Shown: positions 1 through 13,012 of the stretch, one piece after another | Layout of the letters: each line of letters opens with the position of its first letter | How positions within the stretch are numbered: the first letter of the stretch is position 1 | DNA from: Squalus acanthias | Taxonomy: Eukaryota | Assembly (NCBI GenBank): GCA_030390025.1 | Contig: CM059432.1 | Location: forward strand, 19,098,001-19,162,000 | Direction: 5' to 3' | DNA: 64,000 bases | The notes under the pieces: generated by a model | What the model was told of the DNA's origin: nothing | The model's database searches: none | The model's input: only the letters and a program-made list of their open reading frames with translations | Program-made: the position numbers and the translations under genes

Positions 1-150
1 TCTCCACCCCACTCTGAGCTCTCGGTCTTTGGCCTTCTGCATTGTTCCAATGAAGCTCAACACAAGCTTGAGGAACAGCCCTTAAACGTTCTACTTGGAA
101 TTTTGCAACCCTTTGACCTTAATATTGACTTCAACAACTTCAAACCTTAA
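1..150 (+). mobile_element. Penelope-like element 3' remnant (GIY-YIG tail)
   Basis: Similar to the tails at 16910-17050 and 62952-63015 (gaggaacagc...ttcaacaa). Confidence 0.6.
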
Positions 151-484
151 CTATAGCTTCCATTTTCTCTCAGGCAGTACATGCTGGCAATGTCGGATGG
201 GTGTGCCGACATTTCCAGGGAAGGGAGAGGTGAGCAGCTTGTTGCTAGGAGTAAGCTCCCCTCAGCCCTGACGGACCACTGTGCTATTGAACTTACCTCG
301 CCCCTTTAGGTCTTCTCACGTTCTCAGTGGCTTATATTAATAACGTTGATTTCCTTCATTAAGCCTCCTTTTGTCTCCTCCATGTGTCGCTTCAGCCCAT
401 TAGCCATTTTCTGATCCCCATCTTAGCACCTTACAGGTGAGAATTTCCTGGCAGCTGCTCCCCCTTCGCCGGCACTATATCACC

Positions 485-1130
485 AGGAGCTGGACAACGT
501 GGACCACTTTCCATACCTCGGGAGCGTACTGTCAACAAGGGCAGACGTCGATGATGAAGTCCAACACCGCCTTCAGTGTGCCAGTCCAGCCTTCGGTCAC
601 CTGAGGAAGAGAGTGTTTGAAGACCAGGACCTCTAACCTGGCACTAAGCTCATGGTCTACAGAGCAGCAGTGATACCCGCCCTGCTGTATGCCTCAGAGA
701 CATGGACCATGTCCAGCAGGCACCTCAAAGCACTGGATAGGTACCACCAACGCTGCCTCCGCAAGATCCTGCAAATCCATTGGCAGGATAGGCGCACCAA
801 CGTCAGTGTTCTCGCTCAGGCCAACATCCCCAGCATCGAAGCTTTGACCACGTTCGATCAGCTCCGATGGACGGGTCACATTGTCCGCATGCCCGACGCG
901 AGACTCCCAAAACAAGCGCTCTACTCGGAGCTCCGACACGGCAAGAGAGCCCCAGGTGGGCAGAGGAAACGCTTCAAGGACACCCTCAAAGCCTCCTTGA
1001 AAAAGTGTAACATCCCCACCGACACCTGGGAATCCCTGGCCCAAGACGGCACAAAGTGGTGGAGAAGCATCCGGAAAGGGGCCGAACACCTCGAGTCTCT
1101 TCACCAGAAGCAAGTGGAAGCCAAGCGCAG
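485..1130 (+). mobile_element. RTE-clade LINE, C-terminal RT fragment
   Basis: ORF 652 reads YRAAVIPALLYASETW...QLRWTGHIVRMPDARLPKQALY...GGQRKRFKD. Upstream FPYLGS motif and an in-frame stop near 634. Confidence 0.85.
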
Positions 1131-1864
1131 GCAACCCTGCATTTTCCATTTCTGTCAAAAGGGCCACCAGCGAGGTGGGGGCAGCTCTGAGGAATTTTCC
1201 GGCCTCTATTTATTCTCTTGTGCGCGTCTGTGTGTGATGTTTCTTATCCCTTCCCCCATTCACTTGTTCTATTCCTGTAAATGTTGTTCATCTGCAATAC
1301 CTTCCAGTTGTGAAGGGTTTATACCGGAAATGTCAACTGATTTGTGCTCTCTCGACAGATGCTGCTGAGTGTCTCCAGCGTTTTCTGTTTTTGTTTCAAA
1401 AGCAATGATGCTGTTATCATCCAATGTCCCAAAATTAATTTCTTTGATTAGATTTAGATGAGTGCAGGGAGCACACCAGTGATGGGAGCGTAAAAATGCT
1501 TGTATGTGAAATTTATAGGCAAGAGGATAATGAAAGGGGAGTGGCAGCATAGGAGGACACGTTTTCTGAAAGCCTTTAGAAAGGCTTAGAGAACATATCA
1601 ACCCATTGGCAGCCTTTGCCAAAGCTGAAGGAAGATGTGAAAAGCAAAATGAAGGATAAAAAGAACTCCAAGGTGCAGACATGACTCTGCAATCAAGTGA
1701 CAGAGAATCCCAGCACTCAACTCCCTTTCATGGAGCAGAGGTGGGGCTGCATTTGATTCTTGTGTGGAAGCGCCCGTTTCTACCTGATATTCTGCTCAAC
1801 TTAAATGGGGCATAAAGAAAGACTTACATTCATATAGAGTCTTTCACAACCTCAGCACATCCTA

Positions 1865-2602
1865 AACCGTGTCGAAGGCCTTTGTGAGATCAAAGAAGGT
1901 CATGTACAGCGGTTGGTGCTGTTCCCTGCATTTCTCTTGTAGTTGACGCGCGGTGAAGATCATGTCCATTGTGCCCCTTAGTGGGCGGAATCCGCATTGC
2001 GACTCTGGGAGGAGCTCTTCAGCCACTGGGAGAAGGCGATTGAGGAGGATTCTTGCGATGACTTTCCCTGTGGCAGACAGCAGGGAGACTCCTCTGTAAT
2101 TACTGCAATTGGATTTGTCACCTTTCTTGAAGATGGTCACAATTACGGCATCTCTGAGATCCCCAGGCATGCTCTCCTCCTTCCAAATAAGAGAAATGAG
2201 TTCATGTATTCGCGCCAATAGTGCTTCTCCACCATGTTTTAGCACCTCGGCGAGGATTCCATCAGCTCCTGAGGCCTTGTTGTTCTTCAGTTGTCGGATG
2301 GCCTTTTCAACCTCATGCCGGGCTGGGGTTGTGCTGAGGTGGTGGCAGGTAGCATGCTGCGAGATGGAGTTGAGGACACTCGCGTCGAAGACAGATTCTC
2401 GGTTAAGGAGATCTTCGAAGTGCTCCTTCCAGCGGGCACTGACTGCCTCTCTGTCCTTGATGAGTACCTCTCCATCCTTGGCCCGCAGTGGGGTAGGACC
2501 TTGGGTGCTTGGGCCATAGGTGGTCTTGACTGCACTAAAAAATCCACGCATGTCGTGGTTGTCAGCTCGCTGCTGGATATCCTGCACTTTCTCCACCCAC
2601 CA
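1865..2602 (-). mobile_element. RTE-clade LINE fragment (start of RT)
   Basis: ORF 1862-2596: KASGADGI, NYRGVSLLS, ESQCGFRP, FFDLTKAFDTV. Confidence 0.85.
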
Positions 2603-3341
2603 TCTATGATTACTTTTGTAAAGTACAATTCCCTCATGTCACATGACGTTTGCTGCGACTGTACTTAAGTTGCAGTCGGAGGACTCGCAAGATCAGTGAA
2701 AAAGTGAGACCAACACATAAGTGGAACAATGAGCGGGACGGTGTTACAGGGGTAGGATGAACTGACAAGCTATTGTTGCTTCACTCAATTCCTTCAGCAG
2801 TTCATCAAAGCCCTTTGAAAGTGCTCCAGCGCTGTATCATTCAATCACTCTTTTATTATTCTAGTGATTATACCGACTTTATGGCTTCAAAATTTAATCC
2901 TTAGGCACTAGATTACAACATTAGTTTCAATTTTGACCTTTGGGACCTGACTTTGAATCTACCCCAAGCTAGTGTGATTAAATATTCCCTTTCTTTGATG
3001 ATTGTTAAATGTCCAAAGTAAAATAATTTTGGGCTAGCAAGCCAGTCCCCAGTGGGCATGAATCCCCAAATTGCTATTTATTTAGCAAACGTTGACACAA
3101 AATTGGAATTGTCACTCAGAGAAGCCACAGGAATAGTTTGTATAGGTAATGGAAATAGTTCCACGAGTATAATAGAGATTGCTCTTCTGAAGTTGTGCTG
3201 AAGCATGCTCAGTCTGCACTGAGGCTGGTATTAAGTCATATTGGTTGTAGCAAAAGTGTAAGCACATTCTTTATAAATTCCTTTTTGGAGCTACAACCCT
3301 GGCATCTCCCCGACAAAGCGGAAAATTAAGAACCTAAGATT

Positions 3342-4104
3342 GGGCAAGAAATTCGGCTCCCTGGCTTCCCACGGGTGCAAGGATCGCGAGTGCACCTACC
3401 TACCGCGCCTGCCGTTGACCCCTGGGCCCGCGGGGAATTCGGCTCCTGGGCCTCCTCCAACTGCCGGCGTGCAGTGCTTGCGTATCCCAGGGGCGTAGTT
3501 AGTGCGATGCGTCCCCTGGGATCACGTGGGACATGGAGAGCCAATGGCAGCAGACCATCTTTAATTCATAAATTTGACAGGAAGACCTGTCAAATCTATG
3601 AATACAAATCGGCCCCAAAACCTCCCTAAAACTACAAATACATTTTTTTTTAATCACATTTTTAAAATAACTATAAATAACATAAATTAACTATTTTAAA
3701 CAAAAATTTTAATTTTTGAAAAAAATAATTTCACTTTTTAACGGGGCTAAAACTAAACTTACCTTTCTTTAAAGTAATTAAAAAAGATAAATCTGTGAAA
3801 AAAATGTTTAAATTTGAATAAAATCACCACTTACCTTGTTAAAAGAAGGCCTTGCGCCTCCTTTTTCAATGTGCATCTTCTCCGTGCTTACCCTCACGGA
3901 GGAACCTGTAAAAAAAAACGAAGTGCGAGGCGAACGCGCTGGCCCTCCGGCGTGCGCGTTCGACCTATGCACCCCTTCCTTCAGGGGAACGGAAGTGCCG
4001 GTTTCCCGCGCATGCGCAGTGCATGCAAGAAATCGGCACTTTCGTTCTGTCCACGGGTGAGTACATAGTGCGTACTCACCCGTGGCGAGCCTAATTTCTG
4101 CCCC
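3342..4104. mobile_element. Non-autonomous Harbinger-like MITE
   Basis: Imperfect TIRs gggcaagaaattcggctc / gagcctaatttctgcccc, flanks att/aat, no coding capacity. Confidence 0.6.
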
Positions 4105-4267
4105 AATGTCACCAATAATGAGGGTGTCACACAGTGAGTTAGCGCTGGGCTAAAAATCTTTAGCGCAAATTTTTCTCTCTTACCGCTGCGACCATTTTCG
4201 GTGGCCATTAACCCGAGGCTGCGGTGACACCGGCAATCCTCATGGTGGCCACGAATTTCTAGGCCAC

Positions 4268-4880
4268 AAGAACATAAAAAAAATAGGAGCAGGAGTAGGA
4301 CATTCGGCTTTCGAACCTGTTCCGCCATTCAATAAGATCATAGCTGATCTTTTACCTCAACTCCACCTTCCTGCACTATTCCCAAATCCCTTGATTCCCT
4401 TAAAATCAAAAAATCTATTGATCTCTGCCTTGAATATACTCAATGACTGAGCGTCCACAGCACTCTGGGGTAGAGAATTCACAACCCTTTGAGTGAAGAA
4501 ATTTGGCCTCATCTCAGTCGTAAATGGCTGACCACTTATTGTGAGACTTTGACCCCTAGTTCTAAACTACCAGCCAGGGGAAACATCCTCCCAGCATCTA
4601 TCCTGTCATGCCATGTAAGAATTTTATATGTTTCAATGAGATCGCCTCTCATTCTTCTAAATTTAGGGAATATATGCCTAGTTTCCTCAATCTCTCCTCA
4701 TAGGACAAACCCCCATCCCAGGAATCAGTCTGGTGAACCTTTGTTGTACTCCACTAAGGCAAGTATATTCTTCCTTAGGTAAGGAGACCAAAACTGTACA
4801 CAATACTCCAGGTACGGTCTCGTTAAGGCCCTGTTTAATTGCAGAAAGACTTCTTTACTCTTATACTCTAATACTTTTGT
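4268..4880 (-). mobile_element. CR1 LINE 3' end
   Basis: Reverse match to the CR1 3' UTR (ataggagcaggagtagg) and RT C-terminus seen at 23185-23800. Confidence 0.85.
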
Positions 4881-4987
4881 AATTATTTAGCAAACGTTGA
4901 CACAAAATTGGAATTGTCACTCAGAGATACCATAAGAATAGTTTGTATAGGAAATGGAAATAGTTACACTCATATGCCGAGGTATGA

Positions 4988-6372
4988 GCCTGTCCACAAA
5001 AAGCAGGAAAAATCCAATCCAGCCAATAACTGCCCCATCAGTCTACTCTCAATATTCAGCAAAATAATGGAAGGTGTCGTTGACAGTGTTCTCAAGCAGC
5101 ACTTATTCACCAATAACCTACTCACCGATGCTCAGTTCAGGTTCCACCAGGAACACTCGACTCCACAAATGAACAAAAGAGCTGAATTCCAGAGGTGAGG
5201 TGAGAGTGACGGCCCTTGACATCAAGGCAGCATTTGACTGAGTGTGGCATCAAGGAGCCCTAGTAAAATTGAATTCAATGGGAATCAGGGGGGAAAACTC
5301 TCCACCGGCCAGAGTCGTACCTAGCACAAAGGAAGATGGATGTGGTTGTTGGGGGCCAATCAGCTCAGCCCCAGGACATCGCTGCAGGAGTTCCTCATGG
5401 CAGTGGCTGAGGCCCAAGCATCTTCAGCTGCTTCATCAATGACCTTCCCTCCATTATAAGGTCAGAAGTGGGGATGTTCGCTGATGATTGCAGTGTTCAG
5501 TTCCATTCGCAACTCCTCAGTTAATGAAGCAGTCCATGCCCGCATGCAACAAGACCTGGATGACATTCAGGCTTGGGCTGATAAGTGGCAAGTAACATTC
5601 ACGCCACACAAGTGCCAGGCAATGACCATCTCCAGCAAGAGAAAGTCTAACCACCTCCCCTTGACATTCAATGGCATTACCATCTTCGAATCCCCCACCA
5701 TCAACATCCTGGGGGTCACCATTGACCAGAAACTTAACTGGACCAGCCACATAAATACTGTGGCTACAAGAGCAGTTCAGAGGCTTGTTATTCTGCAGCG
5801 AGTGTTTCACCTCCTGACTCCCCAAAGCCTTTCCACCAACTACAAGGCATAAGTCAGGAGTGTGATGGAATACTCTCCGCTTGCCTGGATGAGTGCAGCT
5901 CCAACAACACTCAAGAAGCTCAACACCATCCAGGACAAAGCAGCCCGCTTGATTGGCATTCCATCCACCACCTTAAACATTCACTCCCTCCACCACCGGC
6001 GCACCGTAGCTGCAGTGTGTACCATCTACAAGATGCACTGCAGCAACTCGCCAAGGCTTCTTCGGCAGCACTTCCCAAACCCGCAGCCTCTACCACCCAG
6101 AAGGACAAAGGCAGCAGGTGCAGGGCAACACCACCACCTCCAAGTTCCCCTCCAAGTCACATCTGACTTGGAAATATATTGCCGTTCCTTCATCATCGCT
6201 GGGTCAAAATCCTGGAACTCGCTCCCTAACAGCACTGTGGGAGTACCTTCACCACACGGACTGCAGCGGTTCAAGAAGGCAGCTGACCACCACCTTCTCA
6301 AGGGCAATTAGGGATGGGCAATAAATTCTGGCCTTGCCAGCGACGCCCACATCCCGTGAATGAATTAAAAAA
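4988..6372 (+). mobile_element. Non-LTR retrotransposon RT, 5'-truncated and frameshifted (CR1/L2-group)
   Basis: PVHKK..NPAN..ISLLS, DIKAAFD, FADD region and MEYSPLAW..IQDKAARLIG, followed by an A-rich tail. Confidence 0.8.
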
Positions 6373-7629
6373 ATCATAGTACAAAGAAGAAATCTACTCC
6401 TAATGTTGGAGCAATATATTGAGAGCTTTACTCTGCATCTAACCCATGCTACACCTTACAGAGAAGCATTAAATGCTGGCAATAGGTGGAAAAAAACCTA
6501 GATAAAAGTTTCATTCTCTGACTCTGATAATTCACACCTTGATCATATATAAAAATCTATGTTATAAAAGCACTGACAGTTTTTTCTTGCTTTGTGTAGC
6601 ACTGGACCACTTGTGCTATGAATGTTGTTACTTTTCAGACTATTCCCCATGACACCTCTGTCCACCTCTCACTTTAAATTTACAAAAACAAGAAGAAAAT
6701 GGTAGTCTGATACTAAGCAACAGATCAACAGAGGAAGAAAGTGAAACAGTGCTTTACTTGACTTCAAGGGGCCCATTAAACCTCCTGCAATGCTTGGTGA
6801 TTTTTATAGGAAGAAAATCAATTACGAATATCTTTTAATATTTGTTGCATTAAACATTTTATGGGTAGAGCGCACAGTGGTTAATGGAATAACCAATTTA
6901 GTCCACAACGAGTATTACCTTTTCCAACAACAGTTAGTGACTTCATCACACCTGACCCACACACAACATTCTTCCAAAGACAAGGGTGCTTGCGTCATCT
7001 TTTTTGTGCTCTCTATAAATCATCTGATAACAAGTCACATAAGGTCGCTCCTCAGTAATTAAGCCTCTCTGATCTTGTAAAGTAGAAGAACTAATTCAGA
7101 AATAATGTTTTCACCAAATAGAATTAACTGACATGGTGTAGTGCTCTGTTCAATAAAGGCGATTACGCAGATTAAAAGTAAGAACATTTAATATGATTGT
7201 TTCTCTTGATTGGTCGAGTGAAGGGCATCTTGACAACCACTTCCAAACCGTGTATCTGTCTTGCAATGGCTAAATGTCAAGGTAAAGAAGGACAAACATG
7301 TGTGAAGATAAACCAGTTAAGGTATGAATTTGATGTACTAGGACACTTAACATATTACAGTCGCCAAAAATATATCAAATACAGTGAATTGCTTTGCAAA
7401 AATTATTTTTTAACAGTTTTTTAGGATTTTGAAAGGGGATACAATGATGAACAATAATATATGACTATTGAACAAGCAGCAAGATGTGTTATAACACAGT
7501 AAGTAAAGTGAAATTATATTTTATAATATTTATTGATTTTTTTTTTAAATGTGTAAACTGTCAATTCTGGGTAATGGAACACTTTGGCCACCTTTGTTCA
7601 CTTGCACATAAATGTAAAAGATCATATGA

Positions 7630-7865
7630 TGTTATTCAAAGAATAGCAGGAGAGTTCTCCTGGTGTCCCGCCCAACATTGCTCCCCAACAGCCACCACCA
7701 AAAACTGATTAAATGGTCATTTACCTGATTTGCTGTTTGAGGGACTCTGCTGTGCAGAAATTGCCTGCTTAATGTGCCTACATAACACCAGTGACGATAC
7801 TTCAAAAAGTCATTCATTGGGTGTGATGTACTTTGGGTTTTACAAAGGATTTGATAAAGCACTAT
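7630..7865 (+). mobile_element. DeuSINE-like SINE fragment (3' part)
   Basis: gaatagcagggagagttctcctggtgtcc-like segment matches the SINE at 12552-13012. Confidence 0.6.
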
Positions 7866-8228
7866 GTAAACATTCTTTCCTTTACAGGCTCTCAGCATCG
7901 AGCATTCTTAGGTCAGATGCAGCAGAGTAAAGGTCCCGTCCCTCTGCCTGAACAATGGACATTAATCCCAACCCCAGCAGACCTCCTTTTAATCCACCAG
8001 TGCACATTTCCCCCCACTTCTTATATCAGATGTTACACCCCTGTGTGAAAAAGGGGAGAGGGATAAACCCGATAGCTACAGGCCAGTCTACACACTATAG
8101 GTTTGAGACTGCACGAGTACATAGGGAATCAGATATCGTTTAAATATTCTCAAGCAATATGGGATTATAATTGGCACATCTCTGCTGGGTTACATAGATG
8201 TGGAGGCAGGAATAAAGACAAACTCATA

Positions 8229-8979
8229 GGGGGAAAAATTCGGTATCGCCCATTTTGGGGCGCTAATATCGGCCGGGCGCAAAGTTTAGCTCCCGGCGCT
8301 AATTATCACCTTCGACTGCAGAATTCGCCTCTATCGCCCCTGGAGGTTATTTGAGCGTTAAATCAGGCACTACACACCTCTCTTAAGGCGCAAACATCAG
8401 GGAGCAAGGCACTACCTCAGAACGCTACCAAAGCTCAGGCAATGCCAATTACCATGGAAGCCAGACAGACTGGCGCCGTCCAGTTCTTAAAGGGGAGGGG
8501 CCATCTTGCTGGCCAGCCACACCCTGCTCATTGCAGCCTTGAATCTCGGCCTGGAGAGACCTCAAAAGCAATTGTGTTGGAAGCACTAATGGATAGGCCC
8601 AGGGAAAGAGCTCGGCACTTAGGAACCTCAAAAGTGGTGCTGAGGGCCAAAACTCCTTAGGACAGCGTTAAAACCAAAAATGTTGCCAACAAGAAAAGGC
8701 AGGAAGCGCCCAGCTTTAAATAGCGCTCTCCCAGCCCTTTCCCAACTTGAAAATGTTCCCCTCTACCTGTCGTTCCTAGCGGCAGGCGCTAAGGCAGGGC
8801 GCGCGACTCAATATCCGGTCTGGGGCGTTACTGGGGCGTTGCATGCTTGACTGACGTCACGATGGTCAATTTTGCGAGCGGCGCTAAAATCACTGCGCTC
8901 GGGCGCTAAGTTCCTAGTGCCCCATTACCGCCCCCTGGAGGCGCTAATGGGAGGCGCTAAGCAACCGAATTTCTCCCCC
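8229..8979. mobile_element. Non-autonomous Harbinger derivative
   Basis: TIRs gggggaaaaattcgg / ccgaatttctccccc. Both ends are homologous to the ends of the element at 31553-35066. Confidence 0.8.
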
Positions 8980-9344
8980 TTAACTTTTATTATGTTAGAG
9001 ATAGAAGACCAATTTAGGAACATTTAATATCCAGCTTTGAGTTACTTCCCAATCACTCAGGTGGATAAGTGAATCACAAACTTTTATGTAGTTTTCAATA
9101 CCTAGAATAATGTTTAAATCAACTAGTGACAAAGCACAAGAACAAACATGTTAGAGGGCCAGACAAGAAAGGAGCATGTAAATGGCTATAACTCAGCAGT
9201 GCCATGCCAATTATACCACTTGTTTTGCTGCCCAATATTCTCACGTTCCACAGGTCGTTCCTGACAGAGATGGTAGCCAGGTCTTTTCCAGACCTCTAAT
9301 AATTCCATTACAAACTAATAGCTAGGAAGTCGACAAAGATAATA

Positions 9345-9991
9345 GGACCGATTTTAATTCCTCCACTGGTGTAAATGGGGCGGTATCAGTACGTAGATGG
9401 TGTTGGGTCACTTACAGCCCCATTTATGCTGGCACTCCAGTCGCTCTACTGGGTAGAGTCCTGAGAATGGGCAGCCAGACCATCTGCCTGTTGCAGCTGG
9501 AAGGTCACTTATAATATGCACATCGGGGTCCTATAACGTACATAAGATCCTGATTGCAATTTCCTGGTACAAATGGATGGAGAGCACGCTGCACACACTC
9601 CGCCCATTTCTACCAGGCAGTGAGTGGACTAACCAGCGGTCCTTAAAGGGACCGCCCGCTGGAGGCCGCTCAAAAACCGGCATAGGAAATGTTAAACAAG
9701 GAGTGGTAGTGCTCTTCCTGGGTCCTCAGAAAATACTTCGGGCTGCCGCCAGCCCTCGACCCTCGCGCCCCCCCCCCCGCCCCCACATGTTTGCCCTACC
9801 CCACCCACCCCCTGATTCCGACTGTCAGCCAACTCAGCGTGGGGGCCAGACGATTTCCTGCCATCCCAAAACTGGTGAGCTGCATCGGGGTGCGTCAAAA
9901 TGGCTTGGGCCTCATGCCGGTAAGAACAGGCGAGTTCGGGCATGCTTCAATCGCAGCCTGCCCGTTCTCCACCGGTAGTTACAACCAACCT
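9345..9991. mobile_element. Probable old MITE
   Basis: GC-rich island with weak TIRs. Shares aatatgca.at.ggggtccta with 28340-28560. Confidence 0.4.
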
Positions 9992-11124
9992 AAAATGTCT
10001 TGACTTGTCCTGTAATCTTGACATCACTATCTCCCTCATAGGATGTGTCTGCCTATGCATGTTGGCTCAACTCATGTCAGGATCTCATCCCGTGGGTGAC
10101 AATGTTATCAGTATGCTGCACCATCTAACGCGGTGAGATAACAACTGCTTTATCATTGCTGCACATTCCACTAGTGAGATGATCAACTGTACAGGCTTCA
10201 GAATTACAACCAAAAGAAAGTGTTCACCTTAATTAATCCCCCAAATCCTTGCAGAAAAATCAAAACAGCATTGTTCAATATATAATAGAACTTCTCCTGG
10301 TGGTAGTGCTCTTCCCAGTGCCCTGAGTTCCAATCTGATAAAGTAGAATCGCGAAGGTTTTCTGTAGGAGGTGACCCCAGATGTCTGAACTAAATTACTG
10401 TACAATGAATAAAGAACCAATGGATAAACAAATAAAAGTGCCTCTCCCGTATGATCCTGTTCTCTTTTAAATACCAGCTGTTAAGAAAGTTGTAAAAATG
10501 ATTTAAATTAATAATAGCATTGAGTCACCTTGCACCCAGGATATTATGAGCACCTTTGGTTTTTACAACTTCTTTTATGATCACACAGCATCACTTAAAA
10601 CAAAAATGATTGCTTTGGTAAATTGAAGGCATGCTTTTTTGTACCTAATTTAGAATGAGGTTTAATGATATAACCTAGTCAGGGGATAGAATGAGAGCCT
10701 TAGCATTCAATCCGTGACTGAGGCTTGCAAAAGAAAGCACGGTTTTGTGGCAATTAAAGATTTCTTCATTGAAGTTTTCAAGTAATGCGATTCCACGTTT
10801 ACTTCTTTGGTTTGTGGTGCCGTGCACATTTTCACTGCTGATTGGGACATCTTCAATCTTCTGCCAGCTTATAATTTGTTTAACTTAAAAAAAACTCATT
10901 CATCTTGAGATTCTTGTATTCTGTGTTACTTACCCCAACAATGAATTTTACAGCTCAGTTTAGATAGTTTGCTAATTTATTAGATAGATATGCTGAGCGT
11001 ATCTACCTTTAATCAATAAAAGGTTTTGAATCCAAAGGGATCAATGTTAGTAGTGACCACCTTTGTCATTAGAAATCAGAAGCCGGGAGTATTAAGATTT
11101 CTAAATACAACAGTTATTGCTTCG

Positions 11125-11525
11125 GAACATAGGAAGGAATATAGGAGTATAGGAACATGAGTAGGCCATTCAACCCCTCGAGCCCCTGTTCCACCTTTCA
11201 ATTAGATTATGGCTGATCTGTATCTTAACTCCATCTACTAGGCTTGTTTCTGTAACCCTTAATACTCTTGCCTAACAATAATCTGTCAATGTCAGTTTTG
11301 ACATTTTTAATTGACCCTCAGCCTCAATAGCTTTTTGGGGGAAGAGAGTTCTCGATGTTTACAATGCTTTGTGTGAAGAAGTGCTTTCTGAATGGCCTGG
11401 CTCTAATTTTTAGGTAATGGTCCCTTCTTCTAGTCTCCCCACAAGAGAAAATAGTTCATTTCTATCTACCCTTATCAAACAATTTAATCATCTTAAACAC
11501 CTCAATTAGATCACTCTTAATCTTA
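11125..11525 (-). mobile_element. CR1 3' tail
   Basis: Reverse CR1 3' UTR (ggaacatagga...gtaggccattc). Confidence 0.7.
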
Positions 11526-11614
11526 TGGGTAATCATCAATCAATCCATCCATAGCAAAGGGTTTAGGTATTGTAGCTTGATCGCAACATTAATTCAGCAA
11601 GTCAGAGTCACTTC

Positions 11615-12252
11615 TAGAAACTCAGCTGGACCAGCCACATAAATGCTGTGGCTACTAGAGCAGATCAGAGGCAGGGTATTCTGTGCCAAGGGGCTCACTT
11701 CTTGACTCCCCAAAGCCTCTCTACCACCTACAGGGCACAAGTCAGGAGTGTGATGGAATACTCTCCACTTGTCTGGATGAGTACAGCTCCAACAACACTC
11801 AAAAAGCTCAGCACCTACCAGGACAAAGCAGTCCGCTTGATCGGCACCCCATCCACTAACTTAAACATCCACTCCCTCCACCACCGGCATAAAGTAGCTA
11901 CAGTGTTTACCATGAACAGGATGCACTGCAACAATTCACCAAGGCTTCTTTAACAGCACCTCCCAAACCCGCGATCTCCACCACATAGAAGGACAAGGGC
12001 AATGGGTGCATGGGAACACCATCACGTTTAAGTTTCCCTCCAAGTCACACACCAACCCGACTTGGACATATATCGCTGTTCTTTCTTCGTCGCTGGATCA
12101 AAATCCTTGAACTCCCTACCTAACAGCACTGTGAGAGTACTTTACTACACAGACTGCAGCGGTTCAAGAAGAAGGCCCACCACTGCCTTCTCAAGGGCAA
12201 CTAGGGATGGTCGCCTTGCCACTGAAGCCCACATCCCAAGAAGAATTAAAAG
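11615..12252 (+). mobile_element. LINE 3' fragment, same family as 4988-6372
   Basis: Direct nucleotide similarity; RAQVRSVMEYSPLVW. Confidence 0.8.
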
Positions 12253-12551
12253 AATGATTCCCAAGAATATGTTAAGTTTAAATTGTGGATTTAAATATTG
12301 TGGATTTAAATAAAACATGAAAAACTTTCCTTATTTTTTTTCCCATTTTAGGCAACATTGTTATCACAAAGCAGAGTGGAGAAGGTTGAGGTTGACCATA
12401 TAAAGGTCCTTAGGATTATGAACGGTTATGGTAGGGTAAATAGTGATAGATGGTTTCCACTAGTTGGGGAGAGCACAAATTTAAGATAATTTAAGGGAAG
12501 TTATAGAGAAATTCTTTACTCAGAGGGTGAGTCGAATGTGAAATTCTCTGA

Positions 12552-13012
12552 AAGAAAAAGGAAAGACTTGCATTTATATAGCGCCTTTCATGACCACCGG
12601 ACGTCTCAAAGCACTTTACAGCCAATGAAGTACTTTTGGAGTGTAGTTACTGTTGTAATGTGGGAAACGTGGCAGCCAATTTGCGCACAGCAAGCTCCCA
12701 CAAACAGCAATGTGATAATCTGTTTTAGTTATGTTGATTGAGGGATAAATATTGGCCAGGACACCGGGGAGAACTCCCCCTGCTCTTCTTCGAAATAGTG
12801 CCTTGGGATCTTTTACGTCCACCTGAGAGGGCAGACGGGGCCTCATTTTAACGTCTCATCGAAAGACGGCACTTCCAACAGTGCAGCACTCCCTCAGCAC
12901 TGCACTGGAGTGTCAGCCTAGCTTTTTGTGCTCAAGTCCCTGGAGTGGGACTATGATCCTACAACCTTCTGACTCAGAGGCGAGTGTGCTACCCACTGAG
13001 CCACAGCTGACA
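12552..13012 (-). mobile_element. tRNA-headed DeuSINE (SacSINE1-like)
   Basis: Minus strand has a tRNA-like head (gctgtggctcagtgggtagc, Pol III A/B boxes), a Deu-domain-like core (ggacgtaaaagatcccaaggcactatttcgaagaagagcag) and a LINE-like tail. Confidence 0.75.

Noticed and set aside
10290..10385. Minus-strand frame reading IGTQGTGKSTT (Walker A-like)
   Set aside because: Short, with no convincing splice donor or neighbouring exons. The core sequence gtggtagtgctcttcc also occurs in the repeat near 9704.
12940..13012. tRNA gene
   Set aside because: The tRNA-like sequence is the head of a SINE.
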